Assembly (NCBI GenBank): GCA_026770705.1
Contig: JANJGN010000071.1
Location: forward strand, 558,001-622,000
Reading direction: 5' to 3'
DNA from: Isurus oxyrinchus
Lineage: Eukaryota
DNA length: 64,000 nucleotides
Below, piece by piece: positions 50,510 to 62,399 of this stretch. Every line of letters begins with the position of its first letter. Within the stretch, counting starts at the first letter, position 1. A model generated the notes under the pieces. The model worked only from the letters and a program-made list of their open reading frames with translations, did no database searches and was not told the origin of the DNA. A program made the translations under genes and the position numbers.

Positions 50510-50870
50510 TCCTCTGACAGTGCAGCACTCCCTCAGTACTGATTCTCCAACAGTGCAGCACTCCCTCAGTACTGACCCTCTGACAGTGCAGCACTCCCTC
50601 AATACTGACCCTCTGGCAGTGCAGCACTCCCACAATACTGAGCTTCTGACAGTGCAGCACTGCTTCAGTACTGAAGCTCTGGCAGTGCAGCACTCCCACA
50701 ATACTGAGCCTCTGACAGTGCAGCACTGCTTCAGTACTGACCCTCTGGCAGTGCAGCACTCCCACAATACTGAGCCTATGACAGTGCAGCACTGCTTCAG
50801 TACTGACCCTCCAACAGTGCAGCACGCCCTCAGGAATGACCCTCTGACAGTGCAGGACTCTCAGTCCTGA
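50510..50870. repeat. 33-bp satellite array upstream of copy C
   Basis: About 11 variant units, paralog of 38960-39352. Confidence 0.9.
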
Positions 50871-51149
50871 CACCGATTGCCGGTCTGGTTTGTCAGTCTG
50901 AATTTTGCCAAATGAATCTCGAACAGACGACCTTCTCACTCAGAGAGCGAGAGAGGGTTTGAAACCCAATGACCCACAGGAGAAATTCCTGGTCAATGAC
51001 TTTCCACTTTTGAGCAGAAATATCATCACAAGTCCAGAACGCAAAGGGTTAACAGCTTCAAAAAACTCTAAACATGAGCTGCTTTCTCACGAAGTGACCA
51101 CTTCCACATTTTGTCTCACAGAGACACATCAACCCTTTCTAATTAAACA

Positions 51150-51239
51150 CACAGAGGGAGCAGCACAGGAAGAGGTCATTCAGCCCAAGCAGAGTGTGTG
51201 GGCAGTTCCTCCCCAGGCGAGCAGTCGGACAGGTCCTGG
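51150..51239 (+). other. Siglec-like copy C: putative non-coding exon 1 (5' end approximate)
   Basis: G/gtaagt donor at 51239/51240. Confidence 0.6.
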
Positions 51240-51689
51240 GTAAGTAACGGAACGATTGGAATTCACTTCCACCACCAACACCGTCCTTTGTTGATGTTGT
51301 GACTTTATAAATACAGATTCCAATGATTGATGCCTTTGAAAGATTTCTATTGATTATTGAGATCTGGGTGTGAGGCTCAAGTCTGTTGTACAGAACATCT
51401 TTCTAGCTCAAGGGATGAGGGAAGTGCGGAGACATGAGATTTGGGATATCCTAAGATGGTGAAAGTTTCTATAGAAATGCAAGTTCATCATTGTTTTTCT
51501 TCCTTAAAGCCTTGTGACTCTCTGCAGAGCACCTATCATCCCACAGAGAATCAAATTAGTCTGTCAAGACATTGTCTAAAAGCAGTTCTGATCTCTCGAG
51601 AGCTGTCGGACAAGAGGTGAGGTCTCATTAACTCCTTTCTCTTTCAGAGTTTGAGAGTGAGAATCTGATGAAATATCTGGGAGTGGACA

Positions 51690-51729
51690 ATGATCGGGAA
51701 ATCTTACTTCCTCCTGTCACTTCTCCAAG
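51690..51729 (+). CDS. Siglec-like copy C: leader exon coding part (exon 51648-51729)
   Basis: MIGKSYFLLSLLQ, phase-1 donor. Confidence 0.85.
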
Positions 51730-53265
51730 GTAATATCATCGTCAGCTCAAACAGATTTATGGCTAATAGTCTTTGTAAAAGATCATTCTTATTGAGCTCT
51801 GATTGGGAACTGATTCAGCAGTGAGCCAGTGTACAAACTCACACCAAGTCCCATTCACCCATCACCCCTGTGCTCACTGATATACACTGACTCCCTGTCT
51901 GACAGCAGAATTGGAGGAGAGCAGAGATCTCAGAGGGGTGAAGGGGCTGGATGAGGTTACAGAGGTAGGGACTGGAGAGGGGGTTGGGGGGATTGGGAAT
52001 TGAGCATGAGAATCTTAAAATGGAGGCACTGCTTGACTGGGAGCCTATGTAAGTCAGTGTGGATGGGGGGAAGGGTGGTAAAAGGTTGAGTAGAAAATCA
52101 GGGATAAAAACTGGAGGATGAAGTCTCTCCCTATGTTAGGTGTCTGATAGCAATATCCTGAAATGTGTCTTTTGCTGATTTTATTCAGAATTTCCCATGA
52201 AGACAACACAGCAGCTCCTAGAATAGACAGGCTGTTCAGTGTCACACTTCCTGTCCATTCTCACCTTGCTAGATACTTCAATAAGGGAGCAAGATAACTG
52301 AAAGAGAGAAGGAAGGTAAAGCTGTCTGTGTGTAAAGGTGTCAATATTCAGTTTGTATATTTGTCTTTCTCTCGACACATGCAGAGCTCAGGCTAGAGGC
52401 ACTTTGTTAGTGTGTTTCACAGTGTCTGCTGGAGTAGGGTCAGTGCTGAGCTTGGGGACAAGTCAGTCTACAATGCTGCATCGGAATCAACAATACAACA
52501 ATATGGGGTTTGGATCAGAAATAATCCATTAGACAATGAGGATCCAAAGAGATTCCTTAAACAATGAGGATCCAAAGAGATTCCTTAAACAATGAGGATC
52601 CAACGAGATTCCTCAGTCAATGAAGGTCCAAAGTGCACCAATCAGATTGAATCAGATTAACCAATCAGCTGTGTTGAGGAGCAGACAGGAATGTTAGGCT
52701 AATTAGTGATTCATGACGGTGATAATGGGGGGAGTTCTGAGGGCTCCTAATCCATTGTCCTGTCTTGTAAATCAGCACTGAATGGATCTCAGTTGGTGTG
52801 TCTTGTAGACACTGTGTTGGGTCACATTTAATCATTGACATTAAAGTGATAATTAGAGGCTGCATTTGGACTGAACATGAAGCTGTCACCAGGCTGCTTG
52901 AAATTAAGAATCCAAATGGTCCAGATGAGCATAGAACAATAGATTATATTTACATAGTGCCTTAACTGTAAAAAAAAAACAATCCATGGGACTACACAGG
53001 AGCATTATAATACAAGGCACAGTGACACTGTCTCACTGGCTTCACTAAACAGGGTCCTGAGGACCATGAGCCAATGTAGAATGAACTTGTCCACTCCTGT
53101 GTCCAGGATTCTCTTCCATCCATTGTGAAACCTTGGGGAGTTCCTTGTGTGTCCTGTAGATGGTCCACACTGCAGCCAATGTGCCCCAGTGATGGAGGGA
53201 GTGGATATCGAGTCTAGTGGATCTACAAACCATCCAGTGTTAAATATTGATATTTCTCTCCCCAG

Positions 53266-53634
53266 TTGGACTGTCACAAGTGTGGAAAGGTGACAGTCCC
53301 CGAGAGGTGACAGCGCAGGAAGGTTCGTGTGTACAGATTCCATGTCATTACAGTTATCCATCACATTTGGAAAACCAACCGCGAGGTGGAGTCTGGTTTA
53401 ATAATGAGAATCAGATTCCCTGGGCTCCCATTGCCTTTCACTCCAAGGATCACAGTCACGAGTTATCACGGTTCCGCCATCGGACCCGGCTGTCTGGAGA
53501 CCTGAAAGATGGCGACTGTTCCCTGATTATAAACAACATCAGACGGGAAGATGCAGGACCTTATTTTTTCAGAATAGAATTTGACAATGGTCCGAGCCAT
53601 AACTATTACCCTGTAACCCAGCTTCACGTTTCTG
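53266..53634 (+). CDS. Siglec-like copy C: V-set exon (Arg retained)
   Basis: 369 nt open, YFFRIE, six amino-acid differences from copy B. Confidence 0.9.
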
Positions 53635-54492
53635 GTAAGTGCTGTGTTATAATTACTCAACAATTCACATTCAACACTCAATGGGAAATAACACAAACTG
53701 TGATGTTTACATATTAACACAAAACACAGCTTATTATAACACACTGTCTGATTCTCAATAACCTGGTGATAGCTTCCAGTTCAGTCCGAAAGCAACCTCT
53801 AATACTCACTTTAATATCAATGATGAAAAGCATTAACTGTATTATCAGGTTACCACTCCCATCAATCTCTCCTGTCCTGTTTAAAAGTCTGACGTATCGA
53901 TAAAAGAAAGATGTGCATTTCTGCTGCGCAATTTACCACCTCAGGAGGATCCAAATCCCTTCACAGCCAATGAAATTATTCCTGAATTGTAGTCACAGAT
54001 GTAAAACACAGCAGGCAGTTTGTGCACAGCAAGATCCAACAAACCACAAGGTGATAAATCACCCAGATCACTGAGGAAATGAGAAGCCAGTGAACTCAAA
54101 CCTCTGGTCTGATGAAGAGTCATACGGACTCGAAACGTTAACTCTGTCTTCCTCTCCACTGATACTGTCAGACCTGCTGAGTCTTTCCAGCAATTTTTGT
54201 TTTTGTTTCAGATTTCCAGCATCCGCAGTATTCTGCTTTTAACTCCAATCTCTGGTCTGAGCCTCTTCTCTCATCCAGTGTTCTCAATTCACATGTCTCG
54301 GAGTGAACGTGTATTAAGCTGAGAGACAGAAACACTACTGCCAAAGAGCAAGAAAATCTTTCCTGATCATTGTAACCTCTCAGTTCTGATATCATCCTTG
54401 TAAAAGTGCTTTCTCTTGTGGGACTGTGATTTCTATTTGAACTGATGCTTCACGTTATATTTCTCTAAAAGGATCCATTCTCTGTCTGTTAG

Positions 54493-54789
54493 ATTTCACA
54501 GATAAACCCACGATATTCCCTGCTGAAATTATTGCAGGAAAGCGTGTGGATGTAAGCTGCACCTTCAACACAACGTGCAATGGAACAGCAGCACCTGTCT
54601 TAACCTAGGACACTCCCACTGACGTACCTGGATCAGTCTCAAACACTGTAACTCAGCATGGTGTCACTCTGATCTATACTTCTGTTCTGACCCTGATCCC
54701 ATCACTCAAACACCACGGACACACACTCAGCTGCAGAGTGAGATATCCATCTGTTTCATCGGAGCGGACCCTCGTACTAACTGTGCAAG
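54493..54789 (+). pseudogene. Siglec-like copy C: C2-set exon with premature stop
   Basis: Core Trp codon TGG is TAG at 54606-54608; otherwise colinear with 42552-42848. Confidence 0.88.
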
Positions 54790-55114
54790 GTAATTACATG
54801 CACCATTCATTCTACATCAGCACTCCCTCAGCGCAGACCCTCTGACAGTGCAGCCCGTTCTCAGTGTCCACATTCTCATGCCTCTCAAAGTGCTTCACAG
54901 TCGATAGAAGTTAATTGATCTTTATTTGATTATTGCTGAATGAAGAGACAAGCTGTCTAAACTTTACATCTCGCACACACCATTCTCCATGGCAACACCT
55001 CCACCTATCAGAGACCACTTGCCAACCAATCAGCACTCTCTTCCCATTAAGTATAAATTGTTGTTCACTTTCTGTTGGTAATCCTGTGAACGGGCTTCTT
55101 GATTCCTGCCATGA

Positions 55115-55265
55115 CATCTGAATGTCCAAATGAACAGAACAAGTTCCAACAATGAGCTATGGTTGGTGATTCCTCATGTTACATCCAGGGACACTGGAGA
55201 CTATCAGTGTGTGGCAGAGAATGAACATGGAGCACTGGATGAGTTCATAACCATCACTGTGGAAC
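55115..55265 (+). pseudogene. Siglec-like copy C: 3' half of third Ig exon
   Basis: HLNVQMNRTSS...DTGDYQCVAENEHG...ITVE with gtgagt donor; same truncation point and upstream TGA as copy A. Confidence 0.8.
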
Positions 55266-56938
55266 GTGAGTTACACAGACTTCAACATCTCTCTCAGATT
55301 TGAACACTACACAAACACCATCGAACATACACACCTAAATAGACACGTGCAGACACACATATATGACCACACACAAAGACACACTCACACACAAACACTA
55401 ACACTCACTCCCTCATGGGTTACCTGACCTCCCTCAGTACTGCACTGGAGAGTTGGCCTGAATTCTGGGATTTGTGTTCCCATTCATATTTATGGAAGAA
55501 TATGGAAATTACTGTTACAGACACTCAGATGCATAGAGGCTCTCACAGATACTCTCTGCGTCTCCAACTCTCTCTCTCTCCCTTTAAGAAGCTTCCTGAA
55601 ACTTAACCCTTTGACGAATCACCAACCTAATTCTTCCTTATCTGATTCTGTGTGATTTTCTTTGTGTATCTGAGAGTAAGAGAGATTTGGAGAGGTTTAG
55701 GAAGAGAATTCCTGCTGGTGAAAAGCTTACATAATGTTCTCACTATTTCCGTGCACATAATTCCCATTATGTCCAATGCCCCTGTTTATAATGATGACTG
55801 TCTATGTAAACGTCACGCTGTAGTTACAGCCTCCCACCAGTGGTGGCATTGTAGCCCTTCATCCTTGTGTTTCCCAGCTTTCCCAGCAACTCTACTTCCC
55901 AGTTTGCTACACAAGCTGTGAGTTCTTCGGAATTCAATTATTTCTCAAACGGTAGATTTGATAATTCATTTTATTGAAAACTTCCTCAGTGCCTCCCTGA
56001 AGTGTTTACACTCTCCGGGAAGCAGGAATAGGCTGGATGTTGGGGAGTTCATCTTTTCCCAGAGAGTAGGGATCCTCGGGAATGTGCTGTCAGTGGGTGT
56101 GGTGGTTGCTGTTTCTCTGTCACCTTCAAGAGGGATCTGGAGTGGTTACTGACTGGGGGAGAGATCATGGAAGCGGAGAATGATACAGCACAGGAGGAGG
56201 CCATTCAGCCCATTGAGCCTGTGCCAGGTCTTTCAATGTTCTATCCCATCAGATCCACTAACCACCACTCCACTTTGCCCCCATCTTCCTCCTTCAAGTG
56301 TTTGTCCATTTTCCCTTTTGAAAGTTCCAATTGAATCTGCTTCCACTGCCCTTTCAGGCAGCACCTTCCAGATCACAACAACTCGCTCTGTCAAAACAAA
56401 TTCTCCTCATCTCCCCCACAGGTTCGTCAATCTGTGTCCCTCTAGTTACCAACCCTCCTGCCCCTTAAATACATCGATACTGTTCACCTCAACACCTCCC
56501 TGTGGGAGCGAGTTCCACATTCTCCCCTCTCTCTGGGTAAAGATTGGAACTGTTTATTAAGCGGTGGGTGTAAGTCCGTGGGGGAGTCCATCTCGATCCT
56601 GCCCGATTCACACACACGTCCGAGATGGATTTTCACCCGGCACTAAACGTTTCCAGAATTTTCTACAGCACAATCCTGTACACAGCGATGGAGAGAAACA
56701 TTGGACAGGGAGTCCAACAGCACAATGATCCATTCTCACCAATGTTCCACGCTAAGGGGAAAGTTCCGATTGCCCACTCTTAGAGTGTTTACAATGAAAA
56801 CATTCATTCCACATTGAATCCCAGTGGATGGGTCAATATTACAGCAAATGTTGCAGTGATATGAAGCTTGATTGTTCAGCCAGAGTGAGAGATTGAAAGC
56901 GGAGAGTCAGTGATGATTTCTTTCTGTGTGTTCTCTAG

Positions 56939-57078
56939 ACAGTGGAGGAGAGATTCTGCACGTGATCCTGATCCTGGGAATACGAGCTGTGATATTCCTT
57001 GTGGCTGTGGTTATCACTATCTCTGGAGTCTGTGTCTGGGAGAGACAAACAGTGAAAGGAAGTCGACAGACTGTTTAA
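56939..57078 (+). CDS. Siglec-like copy C: transmembrane and short cytoplasmic exon with intramembrane Arg
   Basis: ttctctag acceptor, phase 1; xSGGEILHVILILGIRAVIFLVAVVITISGVCVWERQTVKGSRQTV*; Arg codon 56983-56985. Confidence 0.85.
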
Positions 57079-57099
57079 AGCTTTGTACAGCAACAATCT

Positions 57100-57700
57100 C
57101 ATCATGGAACAGAAGAACGGCATTTGGCCCATCTACTCCATGCTGTCTCTCTGTAAAGCAATACAGTCAGCCCCATTCCCCTGCTCTATCCCCGTATCCC
57201 TTCAAGTTTATTTCCCCTCAAGTGTCCATCCAGTTTCCTTTTGAAATCGTTCATCGTCTCCGCTTCCACCATCCTCGTAGGCAGCGAGTTCCAGCTCATT
57301 ACCACTCGCTGTGTAAAAAAGTTCCTCCTCACATCTCCCTCTGCCCAAAACCTTCAATCTGTGTCCCCCAGTCCTTGTACCATCAGCTAATGGCAACAGC
57401 TTCTCTTTGTCTACCTGATCTAAACCCATCATCATCTTGTACACCTCGATCAGATCCCCCCTCAATCTCCTTTGCTCCAAGGAGAACAACCCCAGCTTCT
57501 CCAACCCAACCTTGTAGCTAAAATCCCTCATCCCTGGACCCATTCTGCTCAATCTCCTCCCCACCCTCTCAAGGTCCCTCACTTCCTTCCCAAAGTGTGG
57601 AGACCAGAACTGGACACAATACTCTAGTTGTGACCTAACCAGAGCTTTTAAATGTTCAGCATAACCTCCCTGTGTTTGTACTCAATCCCTCGATTTATGA
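57100..57700 (-). mobile_element. CR1-clade LINE 3' fragment
   Basis: LGLFSLEQRRLRGDLIEVYKMM motif. Confidence 0.88.
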
Positions 57701-58419
57701 AAAGCTTATTCTTTCCATCAGCACAAACAACAATTTCCAAGCGGACTCCCATCAGCAGACAGAGTGCAATGAAACATCGTCATGCCTGCTTCTTAATGTA
57801 CGGAGAGAAACCTGCAACGAGAGATTCTCCTTCTTCTCCTCAGCAAGCTGAAACTTTTCCTTATATCTGGTGCTCCCCAGTCCTGCTGTGTGGACACATC
57901 ATAACCACAGCATTGTCTGGCTGTGTGCAGCCAACATGGTCGAATAGGAATGAACAGAAATGTGACGTTGCTAAACTCTGTTCTCTGATTGGAATGTGCT
58001 TTCTGAATGCTGCACCTTTTTCATGCTGTGATAGATTGTAAGAAGCATTTGGGTTATGAATAAAATTACATTGATTAACACAAGTGATTAAAATGCTCAG
58101 CCTGTTCTGTAAATATTTATAGATTAAAATTCTTATTTTGCTGCCAAATTCTTGCCTCAAAGAAAAGCTTCTTGTTGTCACATTTTCTCCATTATATAAA
58201 TTCCTGTGCCCATCCTTATAATAGAAATTTCCAATGTAAACATGTCACATTGTAGTTTCACACTCCTGCCAGTGGTGGTGCCATTCCAAAGCTGTCTTGC
58301 TGCACAGACACAGTGAGAAATATTCTCGACGTGTACATGATGTTGTTGTTACACAGACATCAGGCGGAATCTTGGGCAGTGCCTAGAATGCACTTAGAAC
58401 AGTGCAGACCACGCTCAGA

Positions 58420-60335
58420 ACTGACAGTGCAGTATTTCCTCAGTGCTGACCCTCCGTCAGTGCAGCGCTCTCTCATTACTGTCCCTCTGACAGTGCTGCA
58501 CTACCTCATTATTGACCCTTTTCAAGTGCTTCACCCCGTCATCATTGACATTCTGACCGTGCAGGATTCCCTCATGGCTGACAATCTGACAGTGCAACAC
58601 TCCCTGAATACTGACCCTCTGATACTGTACCCCTCCATCACTAATGACTTTCCAACAGTTCAGCACTCCCTCGGTACAGACCCTCTGACAGGGCAGCATT
58701 CCCTCAGTATTCAAACTCCCACTATGCAGCTGTCCCTCAGGATTCTCCCCCCCACAGTGCAGCACTCCCTCAGTACTCACCCTCCCACAGTGCAGCACTC
58801 CATCAGTACTCACCCTCCCAAAGTGCAGCACTCCCTCAGTACTCACCCTCCCACAGTGTAGCCCTCCCTTAGTACTAACCCTCCCAAAGTGCAGCACTCC
58901 CTCAGTACTCACCCTCCCACAGTGCAGCACATCCTCAGTACTCACCCTTCCACAGTGCAGCACTCCATCAGTACTCACCCTCCCACAGTGCAGCACATCC
59001 TCAGTACTCACCCTTCCACAGTGCAGCACTCCATCAGTACTCACCCTCCCAAAGTGCAGCACTCCCTCAGTACTCACCCTCCCACACTGTAGCCCTCCCT
59101 TAGTACTAACCCTCCCAAAGTGCAGCACTCCCTCACTACTCACCCTCCCACAGTGCAGCACTCCCTCAGTACTCACCCTGCCACAGTGCAGCACTCCCTC
59201 AGTACTCACCCTCCCACAGTGCAGCACTCCCTCAGTACTCACCCTCCCACAGTGCAGCACATCCTCAGTACTCACCCTCCCACAGTGCAGCACTCCCTCA
59301 GTACTCACCCTCCCACAGTGCAGCACTCCCTCAGTACTCACCCTCCCACAGTGCAGCACTCCCTCAGTGCTCACCCTCCCACAGTGCTGTGCGAATTGTT
59401 TAAATCAAGACTGGTGTCCAAAGAGGGAGGTTTCAATGCTAAATCATTGAAATCGGTGAAAATTATTTTTAGGCTGAGGGGAACAAGACTTAGTTCCTCA
59501 AATCCTTTCTTTAGCAATAACACACAGTACTAGAATCTCTGTTTAAATAAATTCCAGTTAAACTTTGCCATGAAAGGATATCTTCTCACACTCCGCTCTA
59601 CCACAGTACTAACTCTCCCACAGTCCGGCATCCCCTCAATACTGACCCTCCGACTGTGCAAATCTCACTCAGTACAGACCCACCGACAGTGCAGCACTCC
59701 CTCATTACTGATCCTCGGACAGTGCAGCACTCCCTCATTAAGGACCCTCTTCCAGTGCAACACTCCCACATTACTGTCCCTCTGACAGTGCAGCACTCCC
59801 ACATTACTGACCCTCTGAAAGTGCAGCACTCCCACATTCTGTCCCTCTGACAGTGCAGCACTCCCTCAGTACTGACCCTCCGACATTGCAGCATTCCTTC
59901 ACTACCTGCCCTCTGACAGTGCAGCACTCCCACGTTACTGACCCTCTGATAGTGCAGCAGACCCTCAATACTGACCCCACTAACAGTGCAGCACTCGCTC
60001 AGTACTGACCCTCCCACAGTGCAGCACTCCCTCAGTACTATACTCCTGACAGTGAAGCACTCCCTTATTAATGACCCTCTTCCAGTGCAGCACTCCCACA
60101 TTACTGACCCTCTGACAGTGCAGCACTCCCACATTACTGTCCCTCTGACAGTGCAGCACTCCCTCAGTACTGACCCTCCAACATTGCAGCAATCCTTCAC
60201 TACTGGACCTCTGACAGTGCAGCAATCCCACATTACTGACCTTCTGATAGTGCAGCACTCACTCAGTACTGACCCTCACACAGTGCAGCACTCCCTCAGT
60301 ACTATACCCCTGACAGTGCAGCACTCCTTCAGTAA
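58420..60335. repeat. 33-bp satellite arrays upstream of copy D (two blocks, gap about 59390-59600)
   Basis: First block includes a locally homogenised variant cccacagtgcagcactccctcagtactcaccct; second block degenerate. Confidence 0.9.
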
Positions 60336-60607
60336 TGATATCAGGGATTGTCAACATGTATCATACGGCCAGAGACCTGTATTGGGAAGTCTATCGCCTG
60401 CACTTCAGCCTCTGAGGTGAGGGGGAGGGGTCTAATCCCACGGAGCCAATGGAGAAGCTTCATGACTACAGCTGCCCAAATATGAGCTGACAGATCATCG
60501 CATGGTAAACATTTTGCTGAGAGCACAAAACATCCTCGATCTTCTCACTGATTACCAACTTCCTCATTTTGTCTCACAGAGACACATCAACCCTTTCTCA
60601 TTAAATA

Positions 60608-60697
60608 CACAGAGGGAGCAGCACAGGATGAGGTCATTCAGCCCAAGCAGAGCGTGTGGGCAGTTCCTCCCCAGGCGAGCAGTCGGACAGGTCCTGG
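60608..60697 (+). other. Siglec-like copy D: putative non-coding exon 1 (5' end approximate)
   Basis: G/gtaagt donor at 60697/60698. Confidence 0.6.
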
Positions 60698-61145
60698 GTA
60701 AGTAACGGAACGATTGGAATTCACTTCCACCACCAACACTGTCCTTTTTGATGTTGTGACTTTATGAAGACAGATTCCAATGATTGATGCCTTTGAAAGA
60801 TTTCTACTGATTATTGAGATCTTGGTGTGAGGCTCAAGTCTGTTGTACAGAACATCTTTCTAGCTCAAGGGATGAGGGAAGTGCAGAGACATGAGTTTGG
60901 GACATCCTGAGGTGGTGAAAGGTGCTATGGAAATGCAAGTCTTTCATTGTTTTTCTTTCTTAAAGCCTTGTAACTCTCTGCAGAGCAACTATCATCCCAC
61001 AGAGAATCAAACTATTCTGTGAAGACATTGTCTCAAAGCAGATCTGATCTCTCAAGAGATGTCGGACAAGAGATGAGGTCTCATTAACTCCTTTCTCTTT
61101 CAGAACTTCAGAGTTAGAAGCTAAGGAAATACCTGGGAGTGGACA

Positions 61146-61185
61146 ATGATCGGGAAATCTTACTTCCTCCTGTCACTTCTCCAAG
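61146..61185 (+). CDS. Siglec-like copy D: leader exon coding part (exon 61104-61185); remaining exons, if any, beyond window
   Basis: MIGKSYFLLSLLQ, phase-1 donor. Confidence 0.85.
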
Positions 61186-62399
61186 GTAATATCATTGTCA
61201 GCTCGGACAGATTTATGGTGAATAGTCTTTGTAAAAGATCATTCTTATGGAGCTGTGATTGGGAACAGATTCAGCAGTGAGCCAGTGTACAAACTCACAC
61301 CAAGTCCCATTCACCCATCACCCCTGTGCTCACTGATATACACTGACTCCCTGTCTGACAGCAGAATTGGAGGAGAGCAGAGATCTCAGAGGGTTTTAGG
61401 GTTGGAGGAGGTTACACAGATAGAGAGTGTAGAGGGGGGATGGTGGGGTAAGAAATCAATGATGAGAATTTGAAATTTGAGTCATTGCTGGACTGAGAGT
61501 CAGTGTAGGTCAGTGAGTGACAGGGGAGCGATCGGCTGAATAGAGAAGCAGGGATAAAAACTGGGGGATGAGGTCTATCCTGATGCTAGGACTCGGATAA
61601 CAATGCCCTGAAATTTTGTGTCTTTTGCTGATTTTAGTCAGAATTTCCCATGAAGACAACACAGCAGCTCCTAGAATAGACAGGCTGTTCAGTGTCACAC
61701 TTCCTGTCCATTCTCACCTTGCGAGATACTTCAATAAGGGAGCAAGATAACTGAAAGAGAGAAGGAAGGTAAAGCTGTCTGTGTGTAAAACTGTCAAATA
61801 TTCTGAGTTATCATGAGTGTCTCTGATCTGCTGCAGAGTTTAAATTTCACAGAATCTGAGCACTTTGCAGCTCAGAGAGAGACCATTGACTCACTGCCTG
61901 AAAGGGCGGTGGAAGCAGATTCAACAGGAACTTTCAGAAGGGGAACTAGATAAATACTTGAAGGGGACATTTTGCAGGGCTGTGGAGGAGAGAGCAGAGG
62001 TTAGAGTGGGACTAATTGGACAGATCTTTCAAAAGCCCAGCACAGGCTCGATGGGCCAAATGGCTTCCTTTTCTTCTGGATCATTCTACAATCTGATAAA
62101 TTAAGACCCACATCAATAACTCTTAAGGCTCCAGCTGCAGGGATGGATCTTTGAGAAGGACAGGGAACAAGAGGTTTCTGGTATCATTTTCAATTTTATT
62201 GACAATTACATAACAGTATAGATTTGTTGAATATTTGAGTCTCTAAAGCGTAGAGGTAATCTGCAATTAGGTCCAGATCTTGTGGTAGTAACCTTGTCTG
62301 GAGGTGTCTTTAAATGCTCACAGTGATCTGTGGGATTGTCATTCTTGGATGTTCTCCCTGGTTCCAATTGGCATTTTGCCCTTGATGCAATTGGGGAGG

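Noticed and set aside
53266-53634. Positive selection between V exons of copies B and C
   Set aside because: Manual count of 6 non-synonymous and 3 synonymous differences is too few and not above neutral expectation
40173-57078. Assigning gene symbols such as CD22, MAG, SIGLEC1 or SIGLEC15
   Set aside because: Domain number and tail do not match one-to-one and orthology needs a phylogeny
58750-59390. CACAGTG heptamers as recombination signal sequences
   Set aside because: They are satellite variants with no ACAAAAACC nonamer at 12 or 23 bp
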